From Octopus sinensis (Eukaryota): 64,000 nucleotides of DNA. Positions 39,301 through 52,262 of this stretch are shown one piece after another. Positions within the stretch are counted from its first letter, which is position 1, and each line of letters opens with the position of its first letter. Below the pieces are notes generated by a model that ran no database searches, was not told where the DNA came from, and saw nothing but the letters and a program-made list of their open reading frames with translations. The position numbers were made by a program, and so were the translations under genes. The DNA lies in contig NC_042997.1 of NCBI RefSeq assembly GCF_006345805.1, positions 171,182,001 through 171,246,000 of the forward strand, in the 5' to 3' direction.

Positions 39301-39469
39301 AAATTTTTGTGATTTGTTTCATTGTGGTATTCCAAGTTGCTGGCTTTGTACTGACTAAATGATATATGGCAGATGAGGCACAAAGTCTTACCTCCTTTAA
39401 TGATGAATGCAAAATATTCTGACTTTGACTTCAAATCTTTATTTTCATCTTCATGCTTTCATTTCCTTC

Positions 39470-39866
39470 TTTGCAAGTTGCTGTGTGACAAGTAGCTTGC
39501 TTACCAACCACGTGGTTCCAGGTCCAGTCCCACTGCGTGGCACCTTAGGCATGTATCTTCTACTATAGCCTCGGGCCAACCAAAGCCTTGTGAGTGGATT
39601 TGGTAGACAGAAACTGATAAGAAGCCCGTCGTATATATGTATATATATATGTGTGTTTGTGTCTGTATTTGTCCTCCCAACATCACTTGACAACCGATAC
39701 TGGTATGTTTATGTCCCCGTAACTTAATGGTTAGGTAAAAGAGACTGATAGAATAAGTACTAGGCTTCCAAAGAATAAGTCCCGTGGTCGATTTGCTTGA
39801 CTAAAGGTGGTGCTCCAGCATGGCCACAGTGAAATGACTGAAACAAGTAAAAGAGTAAAAGAGTAA
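39470..39866 (+). mobile_element. SINE family A
   Basis: Family motifs and tail. Confidence 0.88.
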
Positions 39867-40257
39867 ACGCTCGTAAACAAAACTTTTATCCAAAGTCTAC
39901 CAACTAGGTAAGTACAATTGAATGGCTTGTATTAATTACACTACATTAATGTACATTACGAAGGTGCTGTGAGGGTTAAGCTCATAAAGCCATCTGTGAC
40001 TAGTTTCTAGCCCATGCATGCAAATGTTTGACCATCTTACCCATAAACTCAGTCTTTTGATGGTCTTTTCTAACCCTTGCTGACCTTTAATTTCTTTAAT
40101 CCTTTTACCTTGCACCATTTCTATCATCTGCACTAAAGGACATGTCTTACTCAGATCTAGCATTATTCTTAAAAGTTGGTTCTGTCTGCTCATTGCTGAA
40201 TGTGTGGGGATGGGCTCCATCATGGAATATGATATAAATTATTCTAAGAAGATAAGG

Positions 40258-40703
40258 TAGTGAGATGGCAGAATCATTAGTAAACTGGGCAAAATGTTTA
40301 GCAGCATTTCATTCATCTGCCTGTTCTGAATTCAAATTCTGCTGAGGACAACTTTGTCTTTCATTCTTTCAAGGACGATTAAATAAGTACCAGTTAAGCA
40401 CTGAAATCGATGTAACCAACTTAACTACTTCCCCAAAACTGCTGCCCTTGTGCTAAAATTTGAAACCAATATTATTTTAAGGAAATAAGGCAACGAGCTG
40501 GCAGAATTGTTAGCATGTTGGGCAAAGTACTTCGTGGTATTTCTTCCAACTTTACGTTTTGTGTTCAAAAGGTGTTGAGGTTGACTTGCCTTTCATCCTT
40601 CCAGGGTTGAAAAAATAAATACCAGCTGAGTACTAGGGTTCAATGTAATCAACTTACTCCCTCCCCTGGAACTGCTGGCTTTGTGCCAAAATTTGAAATC
40701 ATC
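40258..40703 (+). mobile_element. Two tandem SINE family B copies, tail type 2
   Basis: 40258-40475 and 40487-40703. Confidence 0.8.
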
Positions 40704-40725
40704 ATAATGTGATGATGGCTATTGT

Positions 40726-41138
40726 AGGCATAGGAGTGACTGTGTGGTAAGTAGCTTGCTTACGAACCATATGGTTCTGGGTTCAGTCTCACTGCATGGT
40801 ACCTTGGGCAAGTGTTTTCTACTATAGCCTCGGGTCGACCAAAGCCTTGTGAGTGGATATGGTAGACGGAAACTGAAAGAAGCCCGTCGTGTATATGTAT
40901 ATTTACATGTGTGTGTGTATGCTTGTGTATCTGTGTTTGTCCCCCCAAGATCGCTCGTCAACTGATACTTGTATGTTTACATCCACATAACTTAGCAGTT
41001 TGGCAAAAGAGACTGATACAATAAGTACTAGGCTTACAAAGAATAAGTCCTGGGGTTGATTTGCTCGACTAAAGGCAGTGCTCCAGCATGGTCGCAGTCA
41101 AATGACTGAACCAAGTAAAAGAGTAAAAGAGTAAAGAG
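40726..41138 (+). mobile_element. SINE family A
   Basis: Family motifs and tail. Confidence 0.9.
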
Positions 41139-41734
41139 TATTGTGGATAATGTGATTTTGGCTACTGTGGAAAGAGAAGTGTAACAGATATTGCAGGATA
41201 AAGAGCAGAAGAGACATTAAATAAATTTTCTCATTTGTTGATACTTCCAAGTGTGCGTGATACAATGTTGCACATTTTGAAAGTGTGTCTTGAAAGTAAC
41301 ATTCCACATGCAATAACATATCTTTATTCTCTTACATGTGTTTATCTGGTTACAGCTTGAGTGGGAAACATAGTGAGAAAGTACAAAGCTAAAACAGATG
41401 GGGCAGAAATCAAAATAATTCTTTATGGTTTTGTGTTTGGATTTATTTGAAATAGATGCTGAACACTGTTCCTCCTTCCTGATAAAGTAAGGAAAACTGC
41501 TCCCAGAACACTACATTGCCAGTATCAATTCATAGCCAATATATAAGTATAAGACTTTTTTTCTTATTTAACTTTTACATTAATTGTAATAAATATTAAA
41601 TATTTACCAACAAATTTCCATAGGCCACATATATTAACAGTCAAAGACCTGTGGCTTACCCCTCCCTGCTCTAGAGGTACTTCCCAACTGTTGAAAGTAG
41701 TGGAAGCTTCCTTGTGTGAGTGTGTGTGTGTGTG

Positions 41735-41781
<47 letters not shown>

Positions 41782-41962
41782 TGTGTATATGTGTGTGTGT
41801 ATGTATATTCTCTTATTTTTTTATATGTTTCAGTCCAATGACTGTGGCCATGCTGGAGCACCATATATATATATATATATAATCACATGATTGACCAGAC
41901 TAGTGGATAGTGTTACACATCACAGGTGACAATGCACTTTGCATCATTTTAGCTTTCTTTTT

Positions 41963-42150
41963 AGCTGGAGTCACTGTGTGGCAAGAAGCTCACTCCCCAA
42001 CCACATGGTTCTGGGTTCAGTCCCACCGCATGGCACCTTGGGCAAGTGTCTTCTACTATAGCCTCGGGCTGACCAAAGCCTTGTGAATGGATTTGGTAGA
42101 CAGAAACTGAAAGAAGCCCATTGTATATACATATATACATATATACATAA

Positions 42151-42181
<31 letters not shown>

Positions 42182-42492
42182 CGTACGTATGTATGTATGT
42201 ATGTATGTATGTATGTATGTATGTATGTATGCATGTATGTATGTATGCATGTATGTATGTATGCATTATGTACGTATGTATGTATGTATGTATGTATTTG
42301 TGTGTCTGCGTTTGTCTCTCCGACATTGCTTGACAACTGATGTTGGTGTGTTTACATCTCCGTAACTTAGTGGTTCGGCAAAGAGACTGATAGAATACGT
42401 ACTAGGTTTACAAAGAATAAGTCCTGGGGTTGATTTGCTCGACCAAGGCTGCTGTCCAATGACTGAAACAATTAAAAGAATAAAAGAATAAA
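41963..42492 (+). mobile_element. SINE family A with an expanded (TATG)n core
   Basis: Family motifs; the core explains the YIHT/YVCM ORFs. Confidence 0.9.
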
Positions 42493-43654
42493 ATGATACT
42501 ACCCTACTGGCTAAACAAGCAGGCCAACATTCCTCCCTGATTGGAAGGTGAGTCCATCACAGGGTTACCCATTTACGGCTGAGTGGACTGGGGCATCATG
42601 AAATGAAGTGTTTTACCCAAGAACACAATGTGTCACTTGGTCTAAGAATTGAACCTATGAACTAGCTATTATGAGTGCAATGTACAAACCACTAGGCCAC
42701 GTGCCTTCACGTGAGTGTGTTTGTTCTCTTATCACCACTTCTTGACAATTAGTATTGTGTTTTTTTACTTAATGGCTTGGTAAAAGAGACTGATGGAATA
42801 AGCACCAGACTTCAAATAAAGTATGGAGATCAATTCGTTCAATTAAAACCATTCAAGGCAGTGCCTCAGTATGGTCGCAATCCAATGACTGAAACGAGTT
42901 AAAGACAAAATTCTTCCAAAATTTCTTTTTTATCAAAATTTTATTAAATTGAAACACAGTATTTCAAATTCTCAGAAATTGAAAACAAAATCATGCTAAA
43001 CCGTTCAGTCCTGTGTTTTCTATGTAATTTCATGGGATATAAATTGTTTTGATAGTAGATGTAGATAGCTTCATCTATTTATAGCAAAAATTTCTGTCTA
43101 GGTAAAAATAAAAATGTATTTCATTACTACCAGTTTCAATTTTTCTTTCCTGACTACTTCATACCAACATTTACAACAATTTTGAATAATTCTGTCTGAC
43201 GTTGATCAATACGAATGCCAGTATGGACATGCTTATGAAATATAATGAACATTTAGTATGTTGTACATACTCATGTGTTAATCGTACCAGTAGACAATTC
43301 ACCCTAACTCTTTGCGTTTATAATATTTTGGTTTCACTTCTAGACCTACGTGTAAATTTCATATTGCTTTTTGTGAATACTGTTTGCTGCTTCTCTGGTG
43401 GTTGCACTTAATTAATAAACACACTAAACTGAAATAATCCTAGTTATTGCTATTACAGTCTGGCAAAGTTCTGGAACCATAGATATCATAGGAATGAATT
43501 TCTGTGATCTACTCCCGGAACAGACAGGCCAACCAGTGCTTTAAAATCAGCACACTTGATTGACTGACAATGTATGCAGTATCTTACAGCTAGCCAATAG
43601 AGAACAGCCTGTATTTGTGATGCATAAACTGAAGGCACACTCACATACAATGTT

Positions 43655-44340
43655 ATCATCATCATCATCGTTTAACATCTGCTTTCCATGCTAGCATGGG
43701 TTGGACAATTTGACTGAGGGCTGGCGAACCAGGTTGTTGCACCAGGCTCCAATCTTGATCTAGCAGAGTTTCTACAGCTGGATGCCCTTCCTAACGCCAA
43801 CCACTCCGAGAGTGTAGTGGGTGCTTTTATGTGCCACCGGCACTGGGGCCAGTCAGACAGTACTGGCAACAACCTTGCTCGAATCGTTTTACACATGCCA
43901 CCGGCACAGGTGCCAGTAAGGCGATGCTGGTAATGATCATGCTTAAATGGTGCCTCTTGTGTGCCACCGGCATGGAAGCCAGTTAGCTGCTCTGACAATG
44001 ATCATGCTCAGATGGTGCTCTTAGCACCCTACTAGCACAGGGCTCGAGTGCCAGTAAGGCGACGCTGGTAACGATCACACTCAAATGGTGCCTTTTATGT
44101 GCCACTGGCACGGAAGCTAGTTAGCCACTCTGGCAATGATCACGCTCGGATGGTGCTCTTAGCACCCTACTAGCACGGGGCTCAAGTGCCAGTAAGGTGA
44201 CGCTGATAACGATCACACTCGAATGGTGCCTTTTTTGTGTCACTGGCACGCAAGCCGGTTAGCCGCTCTGTCAACGATCACACTCGTATGGTGCTCTTTG
44301 CACCCTGCTAGCACGGACACTAGTCATCGAATTTGATATG
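43655..44340 (-). mobile_element. RTE-type 3'UTR variant with 3 x 138-bp tandem units
   Basis: gtgccagtaagg at 43910, 44048 and 44186; same terminal about 170 bp as the other RTE tails. Confidence 0.85.
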
Positions 44341-44690
44341 GATATGTATCAGTGACAGCATGTGGCTTAATGATTAGAATATTCGACATATGATTCTAAG
44401 GTCATGGGTTCAATTTCCGGCGGTGCATTGTGCCACATTTTATTTTCTGTTGCTCTTGTCCACTCAGCTGGCAAAAGTGATTTGTTCATGTATTTCAAAG
44501 GGCCAGCCTTGTTATACTGAATCTCCCTGAAGACTACACGAAGGGTACACATGTCTGTGTAGTGCTCCACCGCTTGCATGTTAATTCCACCAGCAGGCTG
44601 TTCTGTTGATTGGATCAACTGGAACCATCATCGTCATAACTGATGGAGTGTAAGTAGTATGTGTATGCATGCAGATATGCAGCTATATAT

Positions 44691-44734
<44 letters not shown>

Positions 44735-44765
44735 CTTTACGAGAGTGTATTAAGATTAAGTAAAC

Positions 44766-44977
44766 ATTTATTCTTTTATTTGTTTCAGTCATTTGACTGT
44801 GTCCATGCTGGGGTACCGCCTTTAGTTGAGCAAATCAAGCCCAGGGCTTATTCTTTGAAACCTGGTACTTATTCTTATCAGTCTCTTTTGCTGTGAACAT
44901 ACCAGCATCGGTTGTCAAGTGATGTTGGGATTACAAACACAGATGCACAAACATACACCCACATATATATGTGTACA

Positions 44978-44978
<1 letters not shown>
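44766..44978 (-). mobile_element. SINE family A, 3' half (5' half at 48826-48998)
   Basis: The two halves are colinear across the inserted Tx1 and hammerhead-bearing segment. Confidence 0.8.
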
Positions 44979-45056
<78 letters not shown>

Positions 45057-48000
45057 GGGTGCGCTTTTCGGCTCGTATCAGTTTACGCACCGCCCTTAAC
45101 AGGTCGGGCGGATTTCTTTCAACGTCTAGAAGTTTTCTTGGGAACGTCTCGTCCTTTACTCTTAGTGGGGGATTGGAATGCTACCTTGGACACGCATGTA
45201 GACTACGTGGGTAGAGATAGGAATAGACGGGGATGCAAATGCCTCAGAGACCTGCTCAGACGCTTTCAACTGTCTGACAGGTTCGACTAGACCACCCGAA
45301 TGCGCCAACGTGGACATGGAGCAACCGCATCGGGTCGTCGAGATCGTATCTAGATAGGATACTGTGTAGGACAGTAGATAGAGATAGCATAGGATGTCCA
45401 CAATTCCACATAGTCAGCTACACGGATCACAAACTTGTGACATGTATGCTAGACTTAGGTAAGACACTTAGGCAGGGTCCCGGATACTGGAAACTAAAGC
45501 GTCTTTCCCATCGAGACAAGTTTTCAGAGACCGGATTAGCACACTAGTAAAGAGGGCTTTGACGGGAGCCATCATCAACAACAAATGGTGGTTTGCCCTC
45601 AAGAGAGCAGTAAAAGCAGAAGCGATTAGGTACAGCAAAGCACTAGCCATAGATAGAAATAGAGTAGAGGGTGAGCTAGTTAAGAAGCTAGAAGAGGCAA
45701 TTAGAAGCGGCATCGCATCCGACGTTTTGGCGGCGAGGTTGGCCCTCGACCAACACTTCAACGCCAAACACGAAGGATGTGCTGTCAGAGCTAGGATGCG
45801 TGCTCTAAGGAACGAAGGTGTTGGAGCCGCGAGAGAGGCCCGGGTGGCAGAGGCGCAACAGGGCAACAAAGCCACCATTCGGTCACTGGTAGATGAACAG
45901 GGGCGCGAATTGATCGAGCCAAGTAAAATGTGTGAGGCCTTTCAGCAGCATTTTGCCCGACTGTTCGGAACGAGTGGAGGGCAAGAACGTAGGGTGGACT
46001 TCAGTGCCTACCTACATAGCCTACCACGACTCTCGACAAGAAAGGCAGGGTGCTGCGAAGGTGCCATCACGGCGGCGGAAGTGCGGGAAGCGATGGCAGA
46101 ATGCTCGAGGGACAAATCACCGGGTTTGGATGGTCTACCCTACGAGCTTTACAATTGTATGCCAGACTTGTTTGGAGATCTCTTGGCGGCGGTGTACTGC
46201 AACTGGCAGCAAAACGGGAGCATTCCTGGTTTTGTGAGCCGAGGAGCCGTAACACTGCTGAAGAAAGATCTAAACAAGGGAAATGTAATAGATAACTTTA
46301 GGCCCATCACTCTGCTTAATGCAGACTTGAAAATTTTGGCCAAGGTGCTAGCCAAGAGGTTGGCACTTGTCATCGAGAAACTGGTCGACAAGGCGCAAAC
46401 ATGCGCCGTGCCAGGCCGGACCATCCATGACAACCTCCATCTGATGCGCTACATCATAGACAGGGTAGTTAACGAACCTGGCATGGGTGGGGCCCTGATC
46501 AACTTGGATCAATCAAAAGCCTTTGATAGGGTAGACCATCGATACTTGGAGGCAGTCCTGAGAGCGGCTGGTTTCGGTCCCGTCTTCCGCGGCTGGATAG
46601 CTGCCTTGTACAGAGGCATCCGTTCGGTAATTCGCGTAAATGGACATCTATCGAGACCTTTCGACATTGCACGTTCGGTCCGTCAGGGATGCCCCCTCTC
46701 GGCGCTTCTATACGTATTGACTCTTGAGCCACTACTGCGGAAGCTGGCGACTCTAAGGGGCATCCCGCGAGAATTGGGATGCGGGACGAGCATGTCTGCA
46801 TACGCGGACGACGTCACCGTCATAGTGTCTAGCCACGAGCACATCGAGCTGGTCGGCGAGACACTGAAAAACTACGAAGCGGTGACAGGAGCGAAAATCA
46901 ACCGGGAAAAGTCAGTGGGCTTGCGACTAGGCACCTGGAGAAGCAAGCCCATGCCGTCCACCAGCGCCTCCGTCGTGGGACGCTGGACCGACGGCCGGTT
47001 GAGTTGCTCGGGGTCTGGTTTGGTCCGGACCTCCAAGTGGAGAAGAACTGGAACGAGATAACGAGTAGGGTGGTCACTCTCGCCCGGCAATGGGCCGAGA
47101 GGAAACTGTCCCTAAAAGGTCGAGCGGAGGTGGCGAACACGTACATCGCGTCCGTCATCTACTACCGCCTGACCGTCGTACCTTGTCCCGACCCTACCAT
47201 CACCAAACTACAACGCATCCTCTTTCGCTTCTTGTGGAAAGGATGCGTCCCGATGGTCAGGCGATCCATTTGCTGTCAACACCCGTTAAAAGGAGGGCTG
47301 GGCATGCCGTGGTTGATGATGCGCAGACACGCGCTAAGACTGCGACATCTCTGGCTCTATGTAGACGACGGTGAACAGGTGTGGTCGCCGTTTGTGAGGC
47401 ACGCTTTCCCGCAGCTCGTCTCCATGACCGAACTGCAGTCGTGGATCAAAAAGAGGCCGAGGAAGGGCGAATGGCACCGCGAGTGTCGCGTTGCTCTCAA
47501 GCAACTCTGCCGTCCTGGGTCGACCTTAAGTGACTTCAACACAACCAAAGCATTCTATAGGGGTTTAGTGGAGGGGAGGTACGATGACGAGCTCGGGGCG
47601 AACCTGGACGTCGACGAGGAGTACCTGACCCGCCTGTTCGGGACGACTTTCGGGCCAGGGCCCATGGACAACTTCCAGAGATCCCTGGCCTGGCAGTGCT
47701 ACCGAGAAGCGCTACCCGTTCGGGATAAGCTCTACAGACACGGCTCGAGAAACACGGGGCCGACCTGCCCGAGATGCGGTCAGAGCGACGAAACCGTTCT
47801 GCACGCACTCGTTCAGTGTCCAACAATTTCCGACCTGTGGGCTTATGTCGAACAACTGCTGTCACGTGTGGGACGAGTCGGTTTATCAGCTGAGTCTATC
47901 GTCAATATTGTCACGCCTCCTTCCTTCAAACGGGAAGGAAGAGCTATTTTCATCATCCTTGTGGCTATGGCGAAAGAATGTATCTGGTGGACGCGTCTGA

Positions 48001-48580
48001 AAGGATTGGAGACAAACACTTTCCTCTCTGGTCAATCTCTCATCAACTTCTTCAAGTACCACTTGAAAAGGAAAGTGAGAGTAGAGAGGCAAGTTTTGTC
48101 TAGCGAATGTTTTAAAAAAAGATGGTGAATGTAGCAAGAATGGCACGTATGAATGACGAAGCCACCTTGAGCATAGTCCTATGAACCCAGAAATCGAAAA
48201 CAGAGAGTTGCTTATTTGCAAAAAAAAAAAAAAAAAAAAGAAATATAAAATGTGACTTCATTGACCGAGGTTACCGTGGTCTTTTCCGCAGGCTTTTCTT
48301 TCCACGGGTAAACCTCACCTGTCCTCCCCTTTACACTTCATATTGACATTTCTGTGATAACGATCCCTATTGATCATTTTTTTTCCTCTCCCCCCTTTTT
48401 TTTTTTTTTTTTTTTAACCCCCCTTATTTTTGTCCTCTTTCTCTCCTTTTACGATCCCTTTTGATCGAACCTCCCCCTTCCTTTTTTTTTTTTTTTTTTT
48501 TTTTAATACCTTCAAAAGAAAAGCTCTACCTTGTAATTTGTTCTATCTGTGTGCAGCCCTGTGTGGCTAATAAAGAAACA
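45057..48580 (+). mobile_element. Tx1/L1-clade LINE, 5'-truncated in APE; ORF2 with about 3 frameshifts
   Basis: SVYAP, GDWN, LDRI, DHK, PGYWK (APE); KSPGLDGLP, RPITLL, DQSKAFDRV, VRQGCPLS, YADD (RT); CPRCG..ETVLHALVQC (zf-RVT); (CTAT)n on both flanks. Confidence 0.95.
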
Positions 48581-48703
48581 TATCTATCAATCTATCTATC
48601 TATCTGTCTGTCTGTCTATATCGCTTCTATTTTCTTTCCTCCACCTCACTCTCTATTTTGTATCCTATCTAAATTAACTTTTACTTAACCATCCTCTCAC
48701 ACC

Positions 48704-48755
48704 ATCTCTGATGAAGAGATATAATTAATAAATATCCTGGAAACAGCTGTAAGAC
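48704..48755 (+). ncRNA. Minimal type I hammerhead ribozyme motif
   Basis: atct-CTGATGA-aga gatat..atatc ctg-GAAAC-agct-GTA-agac; same core and 3' flank as 13321-13376. Confidence 0.65.
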
Positions 48756-49079
48756 TTTATATCTATAAATGTTCTAATACCTACACAGCCTTGGTTTTTT
48801 ATTATTACGCAAAAAATTCTTATATATATATATATACGATGAGTTACTTTCAGTTTCTGTCTGCCAAATCCACTCACAAGGCATTGGTTGGCCTGAGGCT
48901 ATAGTAGAAGACACTTGCCCAAGGTGCCATGCAGTGAGACTGAGCCCGGAACCATGTGGTTGGTAAGCAAGCTACTTACCACACAGCCACTCCTGCACCT
49001 ATTTATGAATTGAATTTAATAAACTTCATCAAAAATGCATTTATAATATCCACACAATAACTTGAGCAAACGCTTACTA

Positions 49080-49500
49080 CTTCTTTGCTGATTTGATGCT
49101 AGTCCATTTCTGTTCCTGAATTTCGTTTGCTATCCAACTGAAATGTATAACTTTGTGTAATATCATACTTACTTGTATCTATGGATAGCTTTAAGCTGTC
49201 ATTGGATAATTGTAAGCTATCTTTTAGCTTTTGTTCTAACAGACATGTGAATGATAAGTCTTTCCTGTATATGCACATGACCAAGTATATAAATCGTTCA
49301 TGAATTTTCTAAAGAAGCAATTTAACATGTTTTGTTGTATTTTCTTAAGGATTGTTATTATTATTATTTTTTTGTATGTGTTTCTAGCTGTCTTTCATTC
49401 ATTTTCCAACACAAAACTCACTTACAGCACAACATTTATTCTCTTCAGCATACATGATAACATGCTACTTAAACTGAGCCTCATAATTTTTGTCTTTTTA
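49080..49500 (-). pseudogene. pogo transposase N-terminal remnant (Brinker-like and CENP-B HTH)
   Basis: Manual translation KNYEAQFK*HVIMYAEENKCCA, VRTKAK, KFRNRNGL. Confidence 0.55.
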
Positions 49501-49803
49501 TATTAGAGCTCATGCTTTAGCAGCTACTCATCTATTTTTTCTACCGGAAATATAATGAAGTTTTGCAACACTTTTGCTAACAAACCTATGTATACACAGG
49601 TGAAAAGTTTAGTTTAGATTGATATGAACAATATAACAGACATTGTCATTACATGCTCCTTTTGTTTTATAATAAAACCAAATACTCTGAAAGTGGTTAT
49701 GTTTGTTTTCATCTAACATCATCAGCATATAGACTGTGTAATAATATGACCAACTTGCTTTAGATACTTAATTATTTGCGGCAGGTGAGTGATGGTATAT
49801 GTA

Positions 49804-50362
49804 TTGGGTTGCTCGGAAAGTTCGTGCCGATTTATAGTAGCTTACTTTTCAACTTATTTTAGAACATGGCTGATTCCATAAAATAGGGTTTGACTACACC
49901 TCCATTTAAAGCACAGTTTAAGCTATCTTTTCATGGAAGAAGGTTTATGTTCCTATAACCTGTGTTAATTCTGTAACCCTTTAAAATGGAAGATAAGAAA
50001 GTTCATTTTCGGCACTTGATGCTTTAGGAACCAGACAAAAATTGCTGCAGCTCGGTTAGGATGTGTTACCCCACCCTCACCAGATATTGTTCCTTCAGAT
50101 TTTCACTTATTCAGGTCTCTGCAGAATAGTCTTAATGATAAAACTTTCAATTCCTTGGATGACATAAAAAGATACCTTGATGAATTGTTTGCCATGAAAC
50201 CACCTCAATTCTGGGCAGAGGGTATTTTCAAGTTAAAGGAAAGATGGAGACACATTGTGCAACAAAATGGTTCATATTTGGTTGATTAAAAATGTAATGG
50301 CAAGTATTTATTTACCTTTTCCTTTCCTTTAAAAATTGGCATGAACTTTTTGGACAACCCAA
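49804..50362 (+). mobile_element. Internally deleted mariner element
   Basis: TA TSDs, TIR ttgggttg / caacccaa; HPPSPDIVPSDFHLFRSLQNSL...KLKERWRHIVQQNGSY. Confidence 0.93.
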
Positions 50363-51839
50363 TACTATTGTGTGCTGCAAATTTCAGGCCTGGAGTGAAG
50401 TTTAGATGATTTAAAGGCAGTTTTTCATGCCCATGTACAAATAGCATGGGTATTATACTTATCATGCAAAAACATAACTTTATTATAATAATTTGAATGC
50501 TTAGTTATACATTAGTTAACTTGGACAATAGATATACAGTACTTAATGTCATATAAGACACATTCCCTTTTTTTTTGCCAAAGAAAATCTCCGAAAACAC
50601 ACCCTGGTTTCTATGTGTCTAGTTGGGTCTGTATGTCATGCATTAAGGCAATAAATCTTTTTTTCCCTGAATATGCACTGCTGAAATTGAGATGCATTTA
50701 ATGTATCTGTGCATCTTTTATGCCATCAAGTACAGTAACTTACTTCTGGTCATGCTGTCAGAATTATGGCTACACACTTGGAACCAGGTAAACAATAGGT
50801 AACATTTAATTCTTGTGTGTATGCACATGTGTAATGTACAATACACACTTCTGGAAAAAGTGTCTATTGTACAAGGTTATCATGTTTGGTTTCAAGTTGG
50901 CTCATGAACTCAAAACTGCAGTGAGCATTTTCATCCATCTCCCCACAATACTTATCTCATTTTACTACCTTACAATACACAGACATTCCTTCAGTTCATT
51001 CATTTATCTTCTGTCTACTTTGTCTACGAATAACTGCTAGAATTAATTTCTTTACGTAGAAAGGAAGGAATTTCAACCATGTTTCATGGTCTGCTACCAC
51101 AACAGCTCCTTTATAGGATCTAGTTCACTCAAGACATCATCCAGAGGAACCACGTCCAGTTTCGGCCCCTACTCCTCTACCGTTTTGATGTGGTGGGCCC
51201 CCGCCCCTCTTTCGGGGGTGTCTTCAGCTCTGGTGTTGGGTGCATGTCTTCTTTCTTCTTCTTTCTTCTGTTCCCTGGCCTCTTTGATGTAGCATCAATG
51301 AGTGTCAGCGGGCGACTGACTGTCTTGTCAAATTTCCCTTTAAATACCTGCTGCTAGGCTCCAGCAGGCAGCCCCAGCAAGTTGTCATGTAACAGTGTCT
51401 CAACTTTAACTGACCAATGAAGGTGCGTAGTCTTAGCCCACGCATTCTCTAAATGAGACCGTCACCTGTCAATCAGCGAAGCTAATTCAGTGTCAGCTTG
51501 TCTCAACTAGTGATGTTATTTTCTTGCTGGTATGTTATGACTTTCAAGCCATTTTTGGTCTTCCCGCTTCAGTCACTCAATCCCTACCCTTTTACTGTAC
51601 CTTTTACCTCATGTGCTCTTTCTGTTGAATTATGCCCTAAGTCTGTCTGAATTATATTTTCATGGATGACAAACCAATCATACACTTTTAGCTATCTGCC
51701 ATCCATTGTTCAATCAATTACACTGTGTAACACTATTTTTGTCCTTGGGTAGCAACTGTTATTTCCTACTTGCTTACATCTAGAAAGTATGAAAAAGGGT
51801 TAATATTTCCTTCAAACTTTGCTTCTATTACATTTATTC

Positions 51840-52000
51840 AAACCCCAAAGAATCCTTCTCATTGCATGGCTATGATGTTCTCTCACTATCCCTGTTCATC
51901 AGCAGAGATACACATATTATCAGCCATTAAGGGGCATGCTGAAGTGGTTACGGTCAAGTAACTGACAAACAAATCTGTGGTATTGAGCAGAATATTTGCT
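51840..52000 (-). mobile_element. Degenerate fragment of the about 555-bp (AAT)n element
   Basis: Reverse-complement match, e.g. aaatctgtggtattgagcagaatatttgct. Confidence 0.75.
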
Positions 52001-52031
52001 ATAACAATATTTCTGCTCCATTCTGCTATAA

Positions 52032-52262
52032 GGCGGCAAGCTGGCAGAAACGTTAGCATGCCGGACGGAATGCTTAGCGGTATTTCGTCTGCCACTATGT
52101 TCTGAGTTTAAATTCCGCCAAGGTCGTCTTTGCCTTTCATCCTTTCAGGGTCGATAAATTAAGTAGTAGTTACACACTGGGGTCGATGTAATCGACTTAA
52201 TCCCTTTATCTGTCCTTGTTTGTCCCCTCTATGTTTAGCCCCTTGTGAGCAATAAAGAAATA
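52032..52262 (+). mobile_element. SINE family B, tail type 1
   Basis: Full copy; aatatttctgct on both sides. Confidence 0.9.

Noticed and set aside
49763-49790. 21-nt micro-exon ILNYLRQ (BTB-like) with a strong donor
   Set aside because: Too short, and no other BTB exons are visible.
49173-50850. Three phase-compatible minus-strand exon candidates (50744-50850, 49426-49585, 49173-49264) with good GT-AG sites
   Set aside because: The middle one has two in-frame stops, and other frames of 49080-49500 read as a pogo transposase N-terminus; the splice signals are probably chance.
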